A stretch of DNA of 64,000 nucleotides, taken from NCBI GenBank assembly GCA_050294405.1, contig JBNKOC010000012.1, positions 32,001-96,000 of the forward strand, read 5' to 3'. Below, in pieces: positions 1-9,170 of the stretch; the first letter of the stretch is position 1; every line of letters begins with the position of its first letter. A program made the translations under genes and the position numbers. The notes under the pieces were generated by a model that was given only the letters and a program-made list of their open reading frames with translations, was not told where the DNA came from and made no database searches. The DNA comes from Fibrobacteria bacterium (GTDB lineage Bacteria > Fibrobacterota > Fibrobacteria > UBA11236 > JADFYW01).

Positions 1-1518
1 GCTGACAAAATTAGAATCCACAATAAATAAATCCAGAAGAGTGGTGGCAATTAGCACAAGGGCCAGGTTTTTTTCCTTGGAAGCTTTTAGAGCCCAATGC
101 TTCAGAGAGAATGCGATGGCAATAATGATTCCTCCATTAATAAAAGCGCCTAACCTGAAATCGGCAAGGGCCATAGACTGTTTTTTGAAATTGGAGATTT
201 CAGCTGTCGAAAAAACGGAATTCCAAATGCCATATAACATATCTGGAAAAATTCCAAACAAAATAAGTAAGCCGCCTATTCCCAAAGAAATTTTAAAAGT
301 CAAATCCTTTTTCTTTTCGCTTAAGCCTTGTACAGCCCCTTGTTTGGAAAACAGATAAATAAGAGTGGTGGCCGACATCATTATCAAAGAGGTGGCCAGC
401 CAGAATAACATCATGCTAGGTGCTCTGAAATATTTCATTCCCGGTATGGTATGAAAAATGAGAGAGAAAAAAGGAGTATGGGCTCCAAGGGAAAATAAGA
501 TGGCTAATGCTCCAATGATTCCCCACACGTAGTGCCATCGGCTTCTGAATAGCATTAAACCTAAAAGCCCCAGAAATACGACAGTGATTCCAGGGTATTC
601 GGAATTAAGTTTAAAAGCGTTTCTACCCCAATAGTTTTGGTTGATTCCGGCAAATTGAGGAACTGTTAAAAGGGAAAATATTTCTTCAGGATGGGAAGAC
701 CAGGATGTGGCGTGCTCAAAGCTTGTTTTGGACCCCTCGCCTCTTACGGAATACAATTCATTGTATTTCATAGGTGGGGTCAATATCACATATATAACTC
801 CCAAGCCCAATAATATGGGCGTCCAAAATTTGCCTGTGTTTAAGGCCAGCGATTTGAATTTTTTTTGACGGATTAGGGGGGTAATAGTGGAAACCCAAAT
901 TACAAAGAATCCCATCAATACGTAATAAGTAAATTGCAAATGCACGGTGAGTAAGAACATTTGCAGGCAAAGAGAAAGACCCAGCAAATGATACCACTTA
1001 GAATCTTTTTGCAAAGTACGCAATAAAAAGAAAATGCCCAGGGGCAACCAGGACAAAATATAAAATTTGCCGCTATGACCTGCATAAATGTGTGAGATGT
1101 AATTGGTGTTTAGCATGTATGCCATAGCCAAAAACAGGCAAAACAATTTGCTTAAGCGAAAATAGCGTCTAAACAAAATGTAACTGCAAAAACCGGCGAT
1201 TAATACATGCAAAACAAAACTGTAGCCAATTAATCTTTGAGTATCAAAAATAAGACCCATAAACAAAAATACAGGATAGGCGCAATCTCCACAGGAGGCG
1301 TCGTAAGTGGGAAAACCGCCGAAGCGCAGATAGTTCCAAAGGGGGAATTGCCCTGATTTAAGGGCGTTAAAAAAGTAGTTCCAGGCTGGGGCTGAGACCT
1401 GATCGGAAGCAAATAAAAGTTTGTCTGAAAAAAGGAAGGGAATAAAAAGAAATAAGCCCGAAGCGACAATGGCAAGTATGTATTTATAATTGTTTTTAAA
1501 TATGTTTATAATTTGCAT
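1..1518 (-). CDS. YfhO-family polytopic membrane protein (GT-C-like), truncated at the left edge; absent from the ORF track
   Basis: Manual translation from ATG at 1518: MQIINIFKNNYKYILAIVASGLFLFIPFLFSDKLLFASDQ...GQFPLWNYLRFGGFPTYD... The same frame reads ...LLDFIIVDSNFVS at position 1. Hydrophobic segments and a PLWN..GG.P motif are typical of YfhO-like proteins. Both ends were translated; the middle was not checked codon by codon. Confidence 0.72.
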   Translation of the reverse strand, partial: MQIINIFKNNYKYILAIVASGLFLFIPFLFSDKLLFASDQVSAPAWNYFFNALKSGQFPLWNYLRFGGFPTYDASCGDCAYPVFLFMGLIFDTQRLIGYSFVLHVLIAGFCSYILFRRYFRLSKLFCLFLAMAYMLNTNYISHIYAGHSGKFYILSWLPLGIFFLLRTLQKDSKWYHLLGLSLCLQMFLLTVHLQFTYYVLMGFFVIWVSTITPLIRQKKFKSLALNTGKFWTPILLGLGVIYVILTPPMKYNELYSVRGEGSKTSFEHATSWSSHPEEIFSLLTVPQFAGINQNYWGRNAFKLNSEYPGITVVFLGLLGLMLFRSRWHYVWGIIGALAILFSLGAHTPFFSLIFHTIPGMKYFRAPSMMLFWLATSLIMMSATTLIYLFSKQGAVQGLSEKKKDLTFKISLGIGGLLILFGIFPDMLYGIWNSVFSTAEISNFKKQSMALADFRLGAFINGGIIIAIAFSLKHWALKASKEKNLALVLIATTLLDLFIVDSNFVS

Positions 1519-1618
1519 TATTCTTGTTGTACCTTTTTTTAATATTCAGAGGTCCTCATAATTTAATAATTAAATGTCCCAGGCCAATTCCTGTTATCAG
1601 AGTTGCCTCATAAAAAGG

Positions 1619-2521
1619 CTAAGCTGCATTCAAATCAATTTCCCAGAGAAAATCACGGCCAATAATTTGAGCTCTATCATCGGAAAAGTCAAAATCAGTT
1701 CCCTTAGTCGGAATTTCATAAACTAACAGATTTTTTGCCTCTGGGGGGCAATGTTTCCAATTGGCTTCATTAAATACTCTGTTTTGGGCAGATTTTACCG
1801 AAGTTTGGATCCCGCTCCCCCCCCCGTTTTTTTGAAACCAGCAACGGGCATCCCATAACTGTTTCGGGTTTCCAAAATCCATCCAGGCGTAATGGGATAC
1901 GTCTACCACTTTTAATCCCTTTCCTTGGGAAAGGGATTTTGTCCAGGCTTCTTTAATGTCTGAAAAACCTTTGGGGCAATAGTTTAAAAATTCCCTTTTG
2001 TATAGCGCAATGCCACTCATGGTCAAGGCTTTTTTATTTCCAACGGGAAGATAACCATTGTAGTCTTTAACCCCTTCCAACATGCTGTTATCTGTCAAAC
2101 AAAGGGTGTTGAGACTGGGTATGTTAATCCCAAGCAGTATGCCTATTTCATCGCCCATATTATCAGCGAATATTTTTTCAAGATCCATGTTGTGCAATAT
2201 ATCTGCGTTGTGTACTAATACATAATCGCAATCTGCAAAATGGCTGGATAAGGCAGATAATGGCCCTGCAGTACCTAAAATTTGCGATTCGTAGATAGCG
2301 GTGATTCCCAATTTTTCTGCTTCCTTTTCTACTTGCCGATGTAAATGATGGCTGTTGCATACTATTTTATGCGGCTGTAATTTTTGCACTTTTTCCAAAT
2401 TAATTTTAAGAGCTGTTTTGCCTTCAAATGTTATTAAAGGCTTTGGAATGCGTTTGGTTAAGGGTTGTAGGCGTGTGCCGAAACCTGCGCATAAAAATAA
2501 AACGCCTATTTTTGCAGTCAT
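1619..2521 (-). CDS. Sugar-phosphate nucleotidyltransferase (MurU-like)
   Basis: N-terminal AGFGTRLQPLTKRIPKPL signature, ILGTAG, NADI and WMDFG motifs; directly downstream of namZ. Confidence 0.8.
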   Translation of the reverse strand: MTAKIGVLFLCAGFGTRLQPLTKRIPKPLITFEGKTALKINLEKVQKLQPHKIVCNSHHLHRQVEKEAEKLGITAIYESQILGTAGPLSALSSHFADCDYVLVHNADILHNMDLEKIFADNMGDEIGILLGINIPSLNTLCLTDNSMLEGVKDYNGYLPVGNKKALTMSGIALYKREFLNYCPKGFSDIKEAWTKSLSQGKGLKVVDVSHYAWMDFGNPKQLWDARCWFQKNGGGSGIQTSVKSAQNRVFNEANWKHCPPEAKNLLVYEIPTKGTDFDFSDDRAQIIGRDFLWEIDLNAA

Positions 2522-2522
2522 G

Positions 2523-3623
2523 TTAATCTGGGAAAAAAGATTTTAAAGGGCCGCCCAATAAAATTTCTATGGGCAATTTGTTGTACTCGTATTCATAAGG
2601 GGGGGCTTTCCATTTAAAGTCTTTGGGGTAAACTTCTAATAGATACTTTAAAATTTCCATGGTGGTTTTGTAAGGCAGATACTGGTTTCTATCTGTTACA
2701 TGGATTTGAGCCCCGTTGCAAAGTTCTCCTGCAAATTTGTGAAATGTGGGCTGAAAATAGGCCTCGCGAAAAATAACTCCGGGGAGCTTTAACTGGGTCA
2801 GGTAATCCACCATTTGCGGGGAATCAATAAAAGGAGCTCCAAAGAGTTCAAAGGGTTTTGTGGTGCCCCGGGCCTCGGAAATATTTGTGGCTTCCAAAAG
2901 GCACATGCCCGGATACACTATGGCGCTATCCAGCGTGGGCATATTAGGTGAGGGTAAAACCCAGGGAAGACCTGTTTCATCGAACCACAATTTTGGGTCC
3001 CAATTTTCCATGGGAAGCACAATGAGTTCGCAGTCAGGAAAAGCCTCTTTTTTGAACTGCTCGGCCAGTTGACCTATTGTTTTTCCGTGACGCACTGGAA
3101 TGGGGTGTAGTCCAACAAAAGAGCGGTAATCCGGATTTAAAATGGGCCCCTCTACATCTACTCCATTGATGGGGTTGGGTCTGTCGCAAACCACCACTGT
3201 TATCCCCTTTTTTTCACAGGCCTTCATGCACAGATATAAGGTCCAAATAAAGGTGTAATAACGGGCTCCTACGTCCTGAAGGTCTATTAAAAGGGCATCT
3301 AGGCCCTCCAACATGGATTCCGTGGGTTCCCGATGTTCGCCATAAAGGCTGTAAACGGGAATTTTTAATCTGGGGTCGCTGTATCCCTCCCATTCAATCA
3401 TGTTATCCTGGGTTTGACCCAAAATTCCGTGTTGAGGGCCAAACAGGGCGGAAAGCTGAAAAAGCTCACCGTTTTTTTCTTCCAAAAGACTCAAGGAATG
3501 GCGGTAGTTTTGGCCAACGGAAGCTGGGTGGAGCACGGCTCCTAATTTACAACCCCTTAGATGCTTTGGCCAAATTGCTAAATTATCTATGGGTAAGCGA
3601 GTGGAAAGGTATTTATCTTTCAT
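2523..3623 (-). CDS. namZ: Exo-beta-N-acetylmuramidase NamZ family (DUF1343)
   Basis: LFGPQHG, SLYG, DLQDVGARYYTF, DRPNP, PSPNMPT and RGTTKPFE motifs. Confidence 0.9.
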   Translation of the reverse strand: MKDKYLSTRLPIDNLAIWPKHLRGCKLGAVLHPASVGQNYRHSLSLLEEKNGELFQLSALFGPQHGILGQTQDNMIEWEGYSDPRLKIPVYSLYGEHREPTESMLEGLDALLIDLQDVGARYYTFIWTLYLCMKACEKKGITVVVCDRPNPINGVDVEGPILNPDYRSFVGLHPIPVRHGKTIGQLAEQFKKEAFPDCELIVLPMENWDPKLWFDETGLPWVLPSPNMPTLDSAIVYPGMCLLEATNISEARGTTKPFELFGAPFIDSPQMVDYLTQLKLPGVIFREAYFQPTFHKFAGELCNGAQIHVTDRNQYLPYKTTMEILKYLLEVYPKDFKWKAPPYEYEYNKLPIEILLGGPLKSFFPD

Positions 3624-3683
3624 TCTGAAAAAATAAAATTACACAAGGACAAAAATCAGATTTTTTGAATAGGGAGCATTAGC

Positions 3684-4145
3684 ATGTCAGGTTCACTCAA
3701 CAAAGTGATGATAATTGGAAATTTAGGAAGAGACCCGGAAATCAGAACAGTTCCATCTGGGGCCAAGGTGGCCAATTTTTCTGTGGCTACCAACGAAAGT
3801 TATACCGATAGAAACGGACAAAAAGTGGATAGAACTGAGTGGCATCGCATGGTTATGTGGCGTGGTTTGGCAGACATTGCTGAAAAATATTTAAGAAAGG
3901 GCTCTACAGCCTACTTTGAAGGTAAGCTTTCTACCCGTTCCTGGGACGATCAATCTGGCCAAAAGCGCTACACCACCGAAATTGTCGTGGACAACCTGCA
4001 AATGCTTGGCGGTCGACCTTCTGGCGATTCTGGATACGGAGGCTCTGATTACTCTAATCAGCAAGAGCCATATTCTCAACCCTCCAGTGTGGAATCTGGC
4101 GGCGGCAATATGCCCCCTGCACCCGAGGATGATTTACCGTTCTAA
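3684..4145 (+). CDS. ssb: Single-stranded DNA-binding protein
   Basis: [15 protein letters not shown]-terminus and acidic DDLPF C-terminus. Confidence 0.98.
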   Translation: MSGSLNKVMIIGNLGRDPEIRTVPSGAKVANFSVATNESYTDRNGQKVDRTEWHRMVMWRGLADIAEKYLRKGSTAYFEGKLSTRSWDDQSGQKRYTTEIVVDNLQMLGGRPSGDSGYGGSDYSNQQEPYSQPSSVESGGGNMPPAPEDDLPF

Positions 4146-4160
4146 AAGAGTAAATTTCAT

Positions 4161-5429
4161 TTGGTTTCCTTTGCTGTTTTAATTGTCCTGCTAATATTTT
4201 CCGGATTTTTTTCAGCCACGGAAACCGCCCTTTTCTCTTTTTCCAGGCCCGAACTGGTTGGTTTTAAAAACTCTCAAAACCCCCGGCACCGCTTAATTTA
4301 CCAGCTTTTGCGTCACCCCAATCAGGTTTTAACCAGCCTTTTGGTGGGTAACAATTGCATAAATATTTTATTTGTGCTCCAGGCCTCTCACATCATTTCG
4401 GACATGGGTTTTATTGCTGGCATCCAGGAAAAAAGCCTGCATTTGGCTATTTTGGTGGAGGTTGCATTGTTAACCCTGGTTTTGCTGCTGGTAGGTGAAA
4501 TCTTTCCTAAGAACTTTGCTCTCCACCATGCAAAGTCGGTGGCGGGGATAAGTATTTACCCCTTTTATTTTTTCAACAACCTCATGGTGAAGCTGGGGGT
4601 CCAAAAGGCGCTGGCGCTGGTGAATCGCAATTTGCTCCTGGCCATTCGAAAAATTTTTGGCGATCGGGAAGAATTTGCCAATTCCGAAGATATAAAAGTG
4701 GCTGTGGATTTAGGTCTTAAAGAGGGCCATTTATCCAGGGAAGAAGCTTCTATTATCGAAAAAGTTCTCAGTATGAAAACCGCGCCAGTGGAAGATTTTA
4801 TTTTGAACCGTTCCTCTGTAGTCAGTTTTTCCCCGGATGATTCCGTGCAAACGGCTTTGAATCTGGCTGCCAAAAATTCCGAAACGGAATATCTGGTATA
4901 CGATAGGGAAAAAGACTCTGTGGTGGGGATTTTTAATGCAGAAAAGGCTATAATAAATAAGGCGCAGGGAAAAGTATCCGATGTTATGGGGCCTCCCCGA
5001 TTTGTTCCCTATGTTAATGTGTTTGAATGGGTCCTTAAAATAATAGGCCTTTCCACCAACCGGATTTATGCCGTAGTAGATGAATTTGGAGCCTACATTG
5101 GAATTTTGTCTTATCAGCAAATTGAAAATTTTTTGGTCAATAATGTGGTCCAGCCCCAATCCAATTCTGTTCCTCCTGAAATTCAGGTTCAAAATCCTGG
5201 CTGGCTGGTGGAAGGGTCCCTTAATCTGGCTATTTTAGAGGATTTTTTAAAGTGCAGCTTTCCCAAAGGGGATTACCATACGGTATCCGGGCTTTTGTTG
5301 AATGTTACAGGTAAAGTCTTGCAAAAAAAGGATTGGGTTGTGGTGGAGGGCTGGAAATTTTACATTGAAAGCTCCAAATCGAATAGGATAGAAAAGGTTT
5401 TAATAACCCAACAAGGAGCCCAATCATGA
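4161..5429 (+). CDS. CNNM/DUF21-CBS-CorC hemolysin-family membrane protein
   Basis: FFSATETALFS, GEIFPK, VVDEFG and YHTVSG motifs; TTG start. Confidence 0.88.
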   Translation: MVSFAVLIVLLIFSGFFSATETALFSFSRPELVGFKNSQNPRHRLIYQLLRHPNQVLTSLLVGNNCINILFVLQASHIISDMGFIAGIQEKSLHLAILVEVALLTLVLLLVGEIFPKNFALHHAKSVAGISIYPFYFFNNLMVKLGVQKALALVNRNLLLAIRKIFGDREEFANSEDIKVAVDLGLKEGHLSREEASIIEKVLSMKTAPVEDFILNRSSVVSFSPDDSVQTALNLAAKNSETEYLVYDREKDSVVGIFNAEKAIINKAQGKVSDVMGPPRFVPYVNVFEWVLKIIGLSTNRIYAVVDEFGAYIGILSYQQIENFLVNNVVQPQSNSVPPEIQVQNPGWLVEGSLNLAILEDFLKCSFPKGDYHTVSGLLLNVTGKVLQKKDWVVVEGWKFYIESSKSNRIEKVLITQQGAQS

Positions 5430-6106
5430 ACCAGGAAATTTATTCCCTAGGTATTATGCTTTTTATAAGCTGCGCAGCTTTAATTGGAGCCATTAACTCC
5501 AGGGGCACGGTTAAAATGGTTTTTTCCTACCTGCTGGCTTTTATCTGCCTGGCTGGTACTGGTTTTTTGATTGGCCAATATGTTAGCAATATGTCTCAGG
5601 CCAAGGCTTTTAAGTTTGAAGAGTCCAATAAGGCCCTGGAGCAAAAAGTGGAAGAAATGCAACAAACCCTCGAAGAAACTATGAAGGAAGAAGCCGAGCA
5701 GAGCGCCCAAGAAGCGGCAAAGGCTAAGGCCATTGCAGATTATAAAAAAGAAGCTTACTCTGTACTATTAAAAGGCCAAAAAGTAGCTAGCCGTCTCACA
5801 GGTTATAAGCTTGTTGTGGGCTCAGACTCTGAGTACGAAGAGGCCGTTAAAAAAGCCAATTATTATTTGGCTGAGTCCCGCCGGATTTTAAAAGAAGCCA
5901 AAGCCTTAACCGCCCCTGAGGATATGGCCAAAGCCCAGGAGAATTTTTTAAAGGGACTGGAAACTTTAGCAACTGCCACTTCAAGAATGCGCCGTTATTA
6001 CACAGCCGAAAATTCGCAAGAAGAGCAGGATATTGCTAATATCTTTAAATACAAGATTCAGCAGGCCAAAGATATTTTAAGCCAGTCTGAACAGGAACTA
6101 CAATAA
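5426..6106 (+). CDS. Hypothetical protein with two N-terminal TM segments and a coiled-coil/helical body
   Basis: ATGA overlap with the upstream gene, AAGGAG RBS, hydrophobic N-terminus, E/K/A-rich helices. Confidence 0.8.
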   Translation: MNQEIYSLGIMLFISCAALIGAINSRGTVKMVFSYLLAFICLAGTGFLIGQYVSNMSQAKAFKFEESNKALEQKVEEMQQTLEETMKEEAEQSAQEAAKAKAIADYKKEAYSVLLKGQKVASRLTGYKLVVGSDSEYEEAVKKANYYLAESRRILKEAKALTAPEDMAKAQENFLKGLETLATATSRMRRYYTAENSQEEQDIANIFKYKIQQAKDILSQSEQELQ

Positions 6107-6118
6107 TAGGAACAGGAT

Positions 6119-6493
6119 ATGAATTTCCCAGAGGAATTAAAATACACCAAATCCCACGAATGGGTACGTATTGAAGGCAACACAGCTACCATTGGCATTA
6201 CCGACCACGCCCAAAGCGAATTGGGTGATATTGTTTTTGTGGAGCTTCCTGAAGTTGGACGTGAATTGGAGCCCGACTCAGAATTCGGCACCATTGAAGC
6301 GGTTAAAACAGTTGCTGATTTATACGCTCCCATTCAGGGAAAAGTAAGCGAAGTCAATTCCGAACTAGCAGATGCGGCAGAAATTATTAACGAAGACCCT
6401 TATGGTAAAGGCTGGATTATTAAAATGGAATTTGAAGAGCTTAAAGGCGAATTGATAGACGCCTCCGCCTATCAGGCTTTAATTGGCGCCTGA
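6119..6493 (+). CDS. gcvH: Glycine cleavage system H protein
   Basis: YTKSHEW, GITDHAQ, lipoyl-lysine motif IEAVKTV, INEDPYGKGW. Confidence 0.97.
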   Translation: MNFPEELKYTKSHEWVRIEGNTATIGITDHAQSELGDIVFVELPEVGRELEPDSEFGTIEAVKTVADLYAPIQGKVSEVNSELADAAEIINEDPYGKGWIIKMEFEELKGELIDASAYQALIGA

Positions 6494-6682
6494 TTTTTTT
6501 ACATAAATTTTAATAATTAATACCACTTATTACTATTTATTACCATTAATTGTTATATTCAGAAGTGGGGTTGTAGATTTGGAATCAGGTGAATCTGGGC
6601 AAGAGGATCCTAAAATGAAAATGATCGAGCTTTTAGAAGCTCGTAACGTAAAATTTAAAATTGAATCAGTTCAGTAAAGGAA

Positions 6683-7357
6683 ATGACTATGAAAAAATGG
6701 ATAGTTGTGCTGGGAATTTTTTCCCTTGGGGGAGCTGCTTTCGCCCAAAATAGGCCACGTGATCCCTTTGTTTTTAGGGCGGCTATTTGGCAAGGAAATA
6801 ACCCTTCGGTTCAAGGTGACCGTGTGGTGGCCGTTTTGTTAAACTCGAATTTCACTGCGCTATACAGCACAGTGAAAGGCGGTCTTTATATGACTCGGAC
6901 CGGTCAGGCTCAGGATGGCAATAATACTTATGCCCATCAGCATGACGGTAGCGTGTTGAAATTTACCGGGGGCAACGTATTACATAGAAATTACCCCTCT
7001 GAATCAGTCTGGGAGTTAATGGATGGCAATAATGCAGTTTCATCACAAACGCAGTACCTAGGCTATACATTATCTGGCGGCAATACTCCAAACATGGTAG
7101 CTATCCGATATAAAATAGTGGCGGGCGATAACAGCATTAACATATCTGAGACCCCTGAATACATAAGCGGCGGTAGCGGCGGTATAAAGAGGATGTTTAC
7201 AGTGGACGGAATTCCAGATGGTCAGAGCATCAGGCTGAGTATCTCCGGACAGGTTAGCGGTAATGAAACCTGGACCGCCGAAAGCGGGGGAACTGTTTCT
7301 GGGGAATATTTTACTATTAACACCAACGGCGATGCGGTCCTTAACGGATCCTGGTAG
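6683..7357 (+). CDS. Secreted hypothetical beta-rich protein
   Basis: Sec signal peptide (MKKWIVVLGIFSLGGAAFA-Q) and RPRDPFVFR motif; 9 nt upstream of the next gene. Confidence 0.8.
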   Translation: MTMKKWIVVLGIFSLGGAAFAQNRPRDPFVFRAAIWQGNNPSVQGDRVVAVLLNSNFTALYSTVKGGLYMTRTGQAQDGNNTYAHQHDGSVLKFTGGNVLHRNYPSESVWELMDGNNAVSSQTQYLGYTLSGGNTPNMVAIRYKIVAGDNSINISETPEYISGGSGGIKRMFTVDGIPDGQSIRLSISGQVSGNETWTAESGGTVSGEYFTINTNGDAVLNGSW

Positions 7358-7366
7358 GAGAAATTT

Positions 7367-9142
7367 ATGAAGTATTTTAGCAAATCCTTATTTTTCCTTG
7401 CTTCTCTGGCAGGATTATCTTTGGCTCAAAACCCATCACATCCAGGATATGATCGGGAAGAAATCAATTTTTCAAACTCTAATCTATTTACACCACCTAG
7501 CCGGGATGCCAATCGTCCCATGGTTGGAGGTATGGATGTTTTTCCAGATGGCCGGGTGGCCTTTGTGGAGTGGGGTTTGCCGGGCTCTGTATTTATTCTC
7601 GGAAATGAAATTGAGCAAAGTTCTCAAAATGTTCCAGTGACCCGCTTTGCCAGGGGGTTAAACGGCGCAATGGGGTTGAAAATCGTAAAGGACACCATTT
7701 ATGTTATGGAAAAAGAAGGTTTAACCCAGCTTGTGGATGTGGATGACGATGGGAGAGCCGATGAGTTTAACAGCATCAATCAAGCTTTTCCCTCCAATAC
7801 CAATATGCTTAACCTGTCCTTTGACGTGGGATATATGGAGGGGGCATTTTATGCCGCCCTTTCTTCTGATGTGCACACAGGAGGATATGACTGGGGATCC
7901 AGTTCCTGGCTAGGTACTCCAGCTTTGGCTGGGCGTTCTGCCATGTATAAATTAGAAACCGATGGAACAGCAACCGCTTTTGCCTGTGGATTTCGAAACC
8001 CCAATGGAATGGACATCAATGGAGAGGATATATTTGTTTCTGATAACCAGGGCTCCTGGCTACCCGCCTCCAAGCTTATTGTTGTTCGGGAAGGACGTTT
8101 TTATGGCCACAGGACAAACCCTACTAACCAATGTCAAACCCAAAACAACAACCAGGAATCGCCTCCTGTGGTTTGGGGGAACTTTGCAGATGGAAATACT
8201 CATGCAACCGGACGCTCCTGGGGAAACCCTGTGGTACTGAAACATGGCCCCTATGCCGGTCAGGTGTTGATAGGGGAGACTGTTTTTGGCCACCCAAATA
8301 ATGTGGTGCGGGTATTTATTGAAGAAATTGACGGGGAATTGCAAGGCGTTATCCTTCCGTTTGTTAAGGGTTCCACTACTAAAGGTGTTTACCGTATAAA
8401 AGAAGGCGAAGACGGACAAATTTATCTTGGAATACTAGGAAGCAATTGTTGTTGGGGCCCCCGCAGCAACATGTATTCAGGTTTCGATGTAATGCGTCCT
8501 AACAATTCCAGCAATTATTTGGAAATTATGGCTATTCGTTCTTTAAGCAACAACAGTTTTGAATTGGAATTCAATAAGGAAGTGGGCAGCAACGCCAATC
8601 AAACTAACCTCTACAGTGTTAAACAGTGGGTAAATAACCCTGTTGAAGAATATGGTGGAGGTCAAATGGAAAACCAGCAAGACCTTTCTGTCAGTTCAGC
8701 TACTGTTAACTCCAATAAGGTAACATTGACCATCAATGGTCTCCAGACTGGTCGGGTTGTAAAATTTGTTATTAATTCCAACCTCAAGGCACAAGACGGT
8801 AGCGATTTGTGGACTGATTTTGCCATGTATACCCTGAACAAATTTGGCCCTGGGACAGATTACGAGCCTGTAATCCCGGTTTCTCTAGGTGAACCTGAAA
8901 AGCTAAAAGCAAGCTGGCAGATAATCAAAAGAGATGGTTTTCATGTATTGCGTTTTGAAAAGGAACCTCAGCTTACCAGAGAAGCTGCTGTTTATGACCT
9001 AAAGGGAACCAAGCTATTGGAAAAGAGCCTTGCTGGCGGCTGGGAAATGACTCTAGAAACCGCTGGCCTTTCCAAAGGCATGTATTTGGTGCAGTTAAAG
9101 GAACAAGGGCGCGCATCCACCCGGTATTTGTTAATTCCTTAA
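7367..9142 (+). CDS. Secreted sorbosone-dehydrogenase-like beta-propeller protein with an Ig-like domain and a T9SS-like C-terminal tail
   Basis: Signal peptide; GGMDVFPDGR, GFRNPNGM, DNQGSWLPASK and GPYAGQ motifs; tail VYDLKG...GLSKGMYLVQL. Confidence 0.78.
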   Translation: MKYFSKSLFFLASLAGLSLAQNPSHPGYDREEINFSNSNLFTPPSRDANRPMVGGMDVFPDGRVAFVEWGLPGSVFILGNEIEQSSQNVPVTRFARGLNGAMGLKIVKDTIYVMEKEGLTQLVDVDDDGRADEFNSINQAFPSNTNMLNLSFDVGYMEGAFYAALSSDVHTGGYDWGSSSWLGTPALAGRSAMYKLETDGTATAFACGFRNPNGMDINGEDIFVSDNQGSWLPASKLIVVREGRFYGHRTNPTNQCQTQNNNQESPPVVWGNFADGNTHATGRSWGNPVVLKHGPYAGQVLIGETVFGHPNNVVRVFIEEIDGELQGVILPFVKGSTTKGVYRIKEGEDGQIYLGILGSNCCWGPRSNMYSGFDVMRPNNSSNYLEIMAIRSLSNNSFELEFNKEVGSNANQTNLYSVKQWVNNPVEEYGGGQMENQQDLSVSSATVNSNKVTLTINGLQTGRVVKFVINSNLKAQDGSDLWTDFAMYTLNKFGPGTDYEPVIPVSLGEPEKLKASWQIIKRDGFHVLRFEKEPQLTREAAVYDLKGTKLLEKSLAGGWEMTLETAGLSKGMYLVQLKEQGRASTRYLLIP

Positions 9143-9170
9143 CTAATTATTTTGCCAATGGTACTATTTG

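Noticed and set aside
41..1475. Short track ORFs at 41-358, 758-997 and 1230-1475
   Set aside because: They are shadow or alternate-frame ORFs over the long minus-strand YfhO-like gene that runs off the window edge.
1810..1835. Poly-C/poly-T tract in the nucleotidyltransferase as a phase-variation site
   Set aside because: The frame is intact (it encodes KNGGGSG), homopolymers are common throughout this sequence, and a single sequence gives no evidence of length variation.
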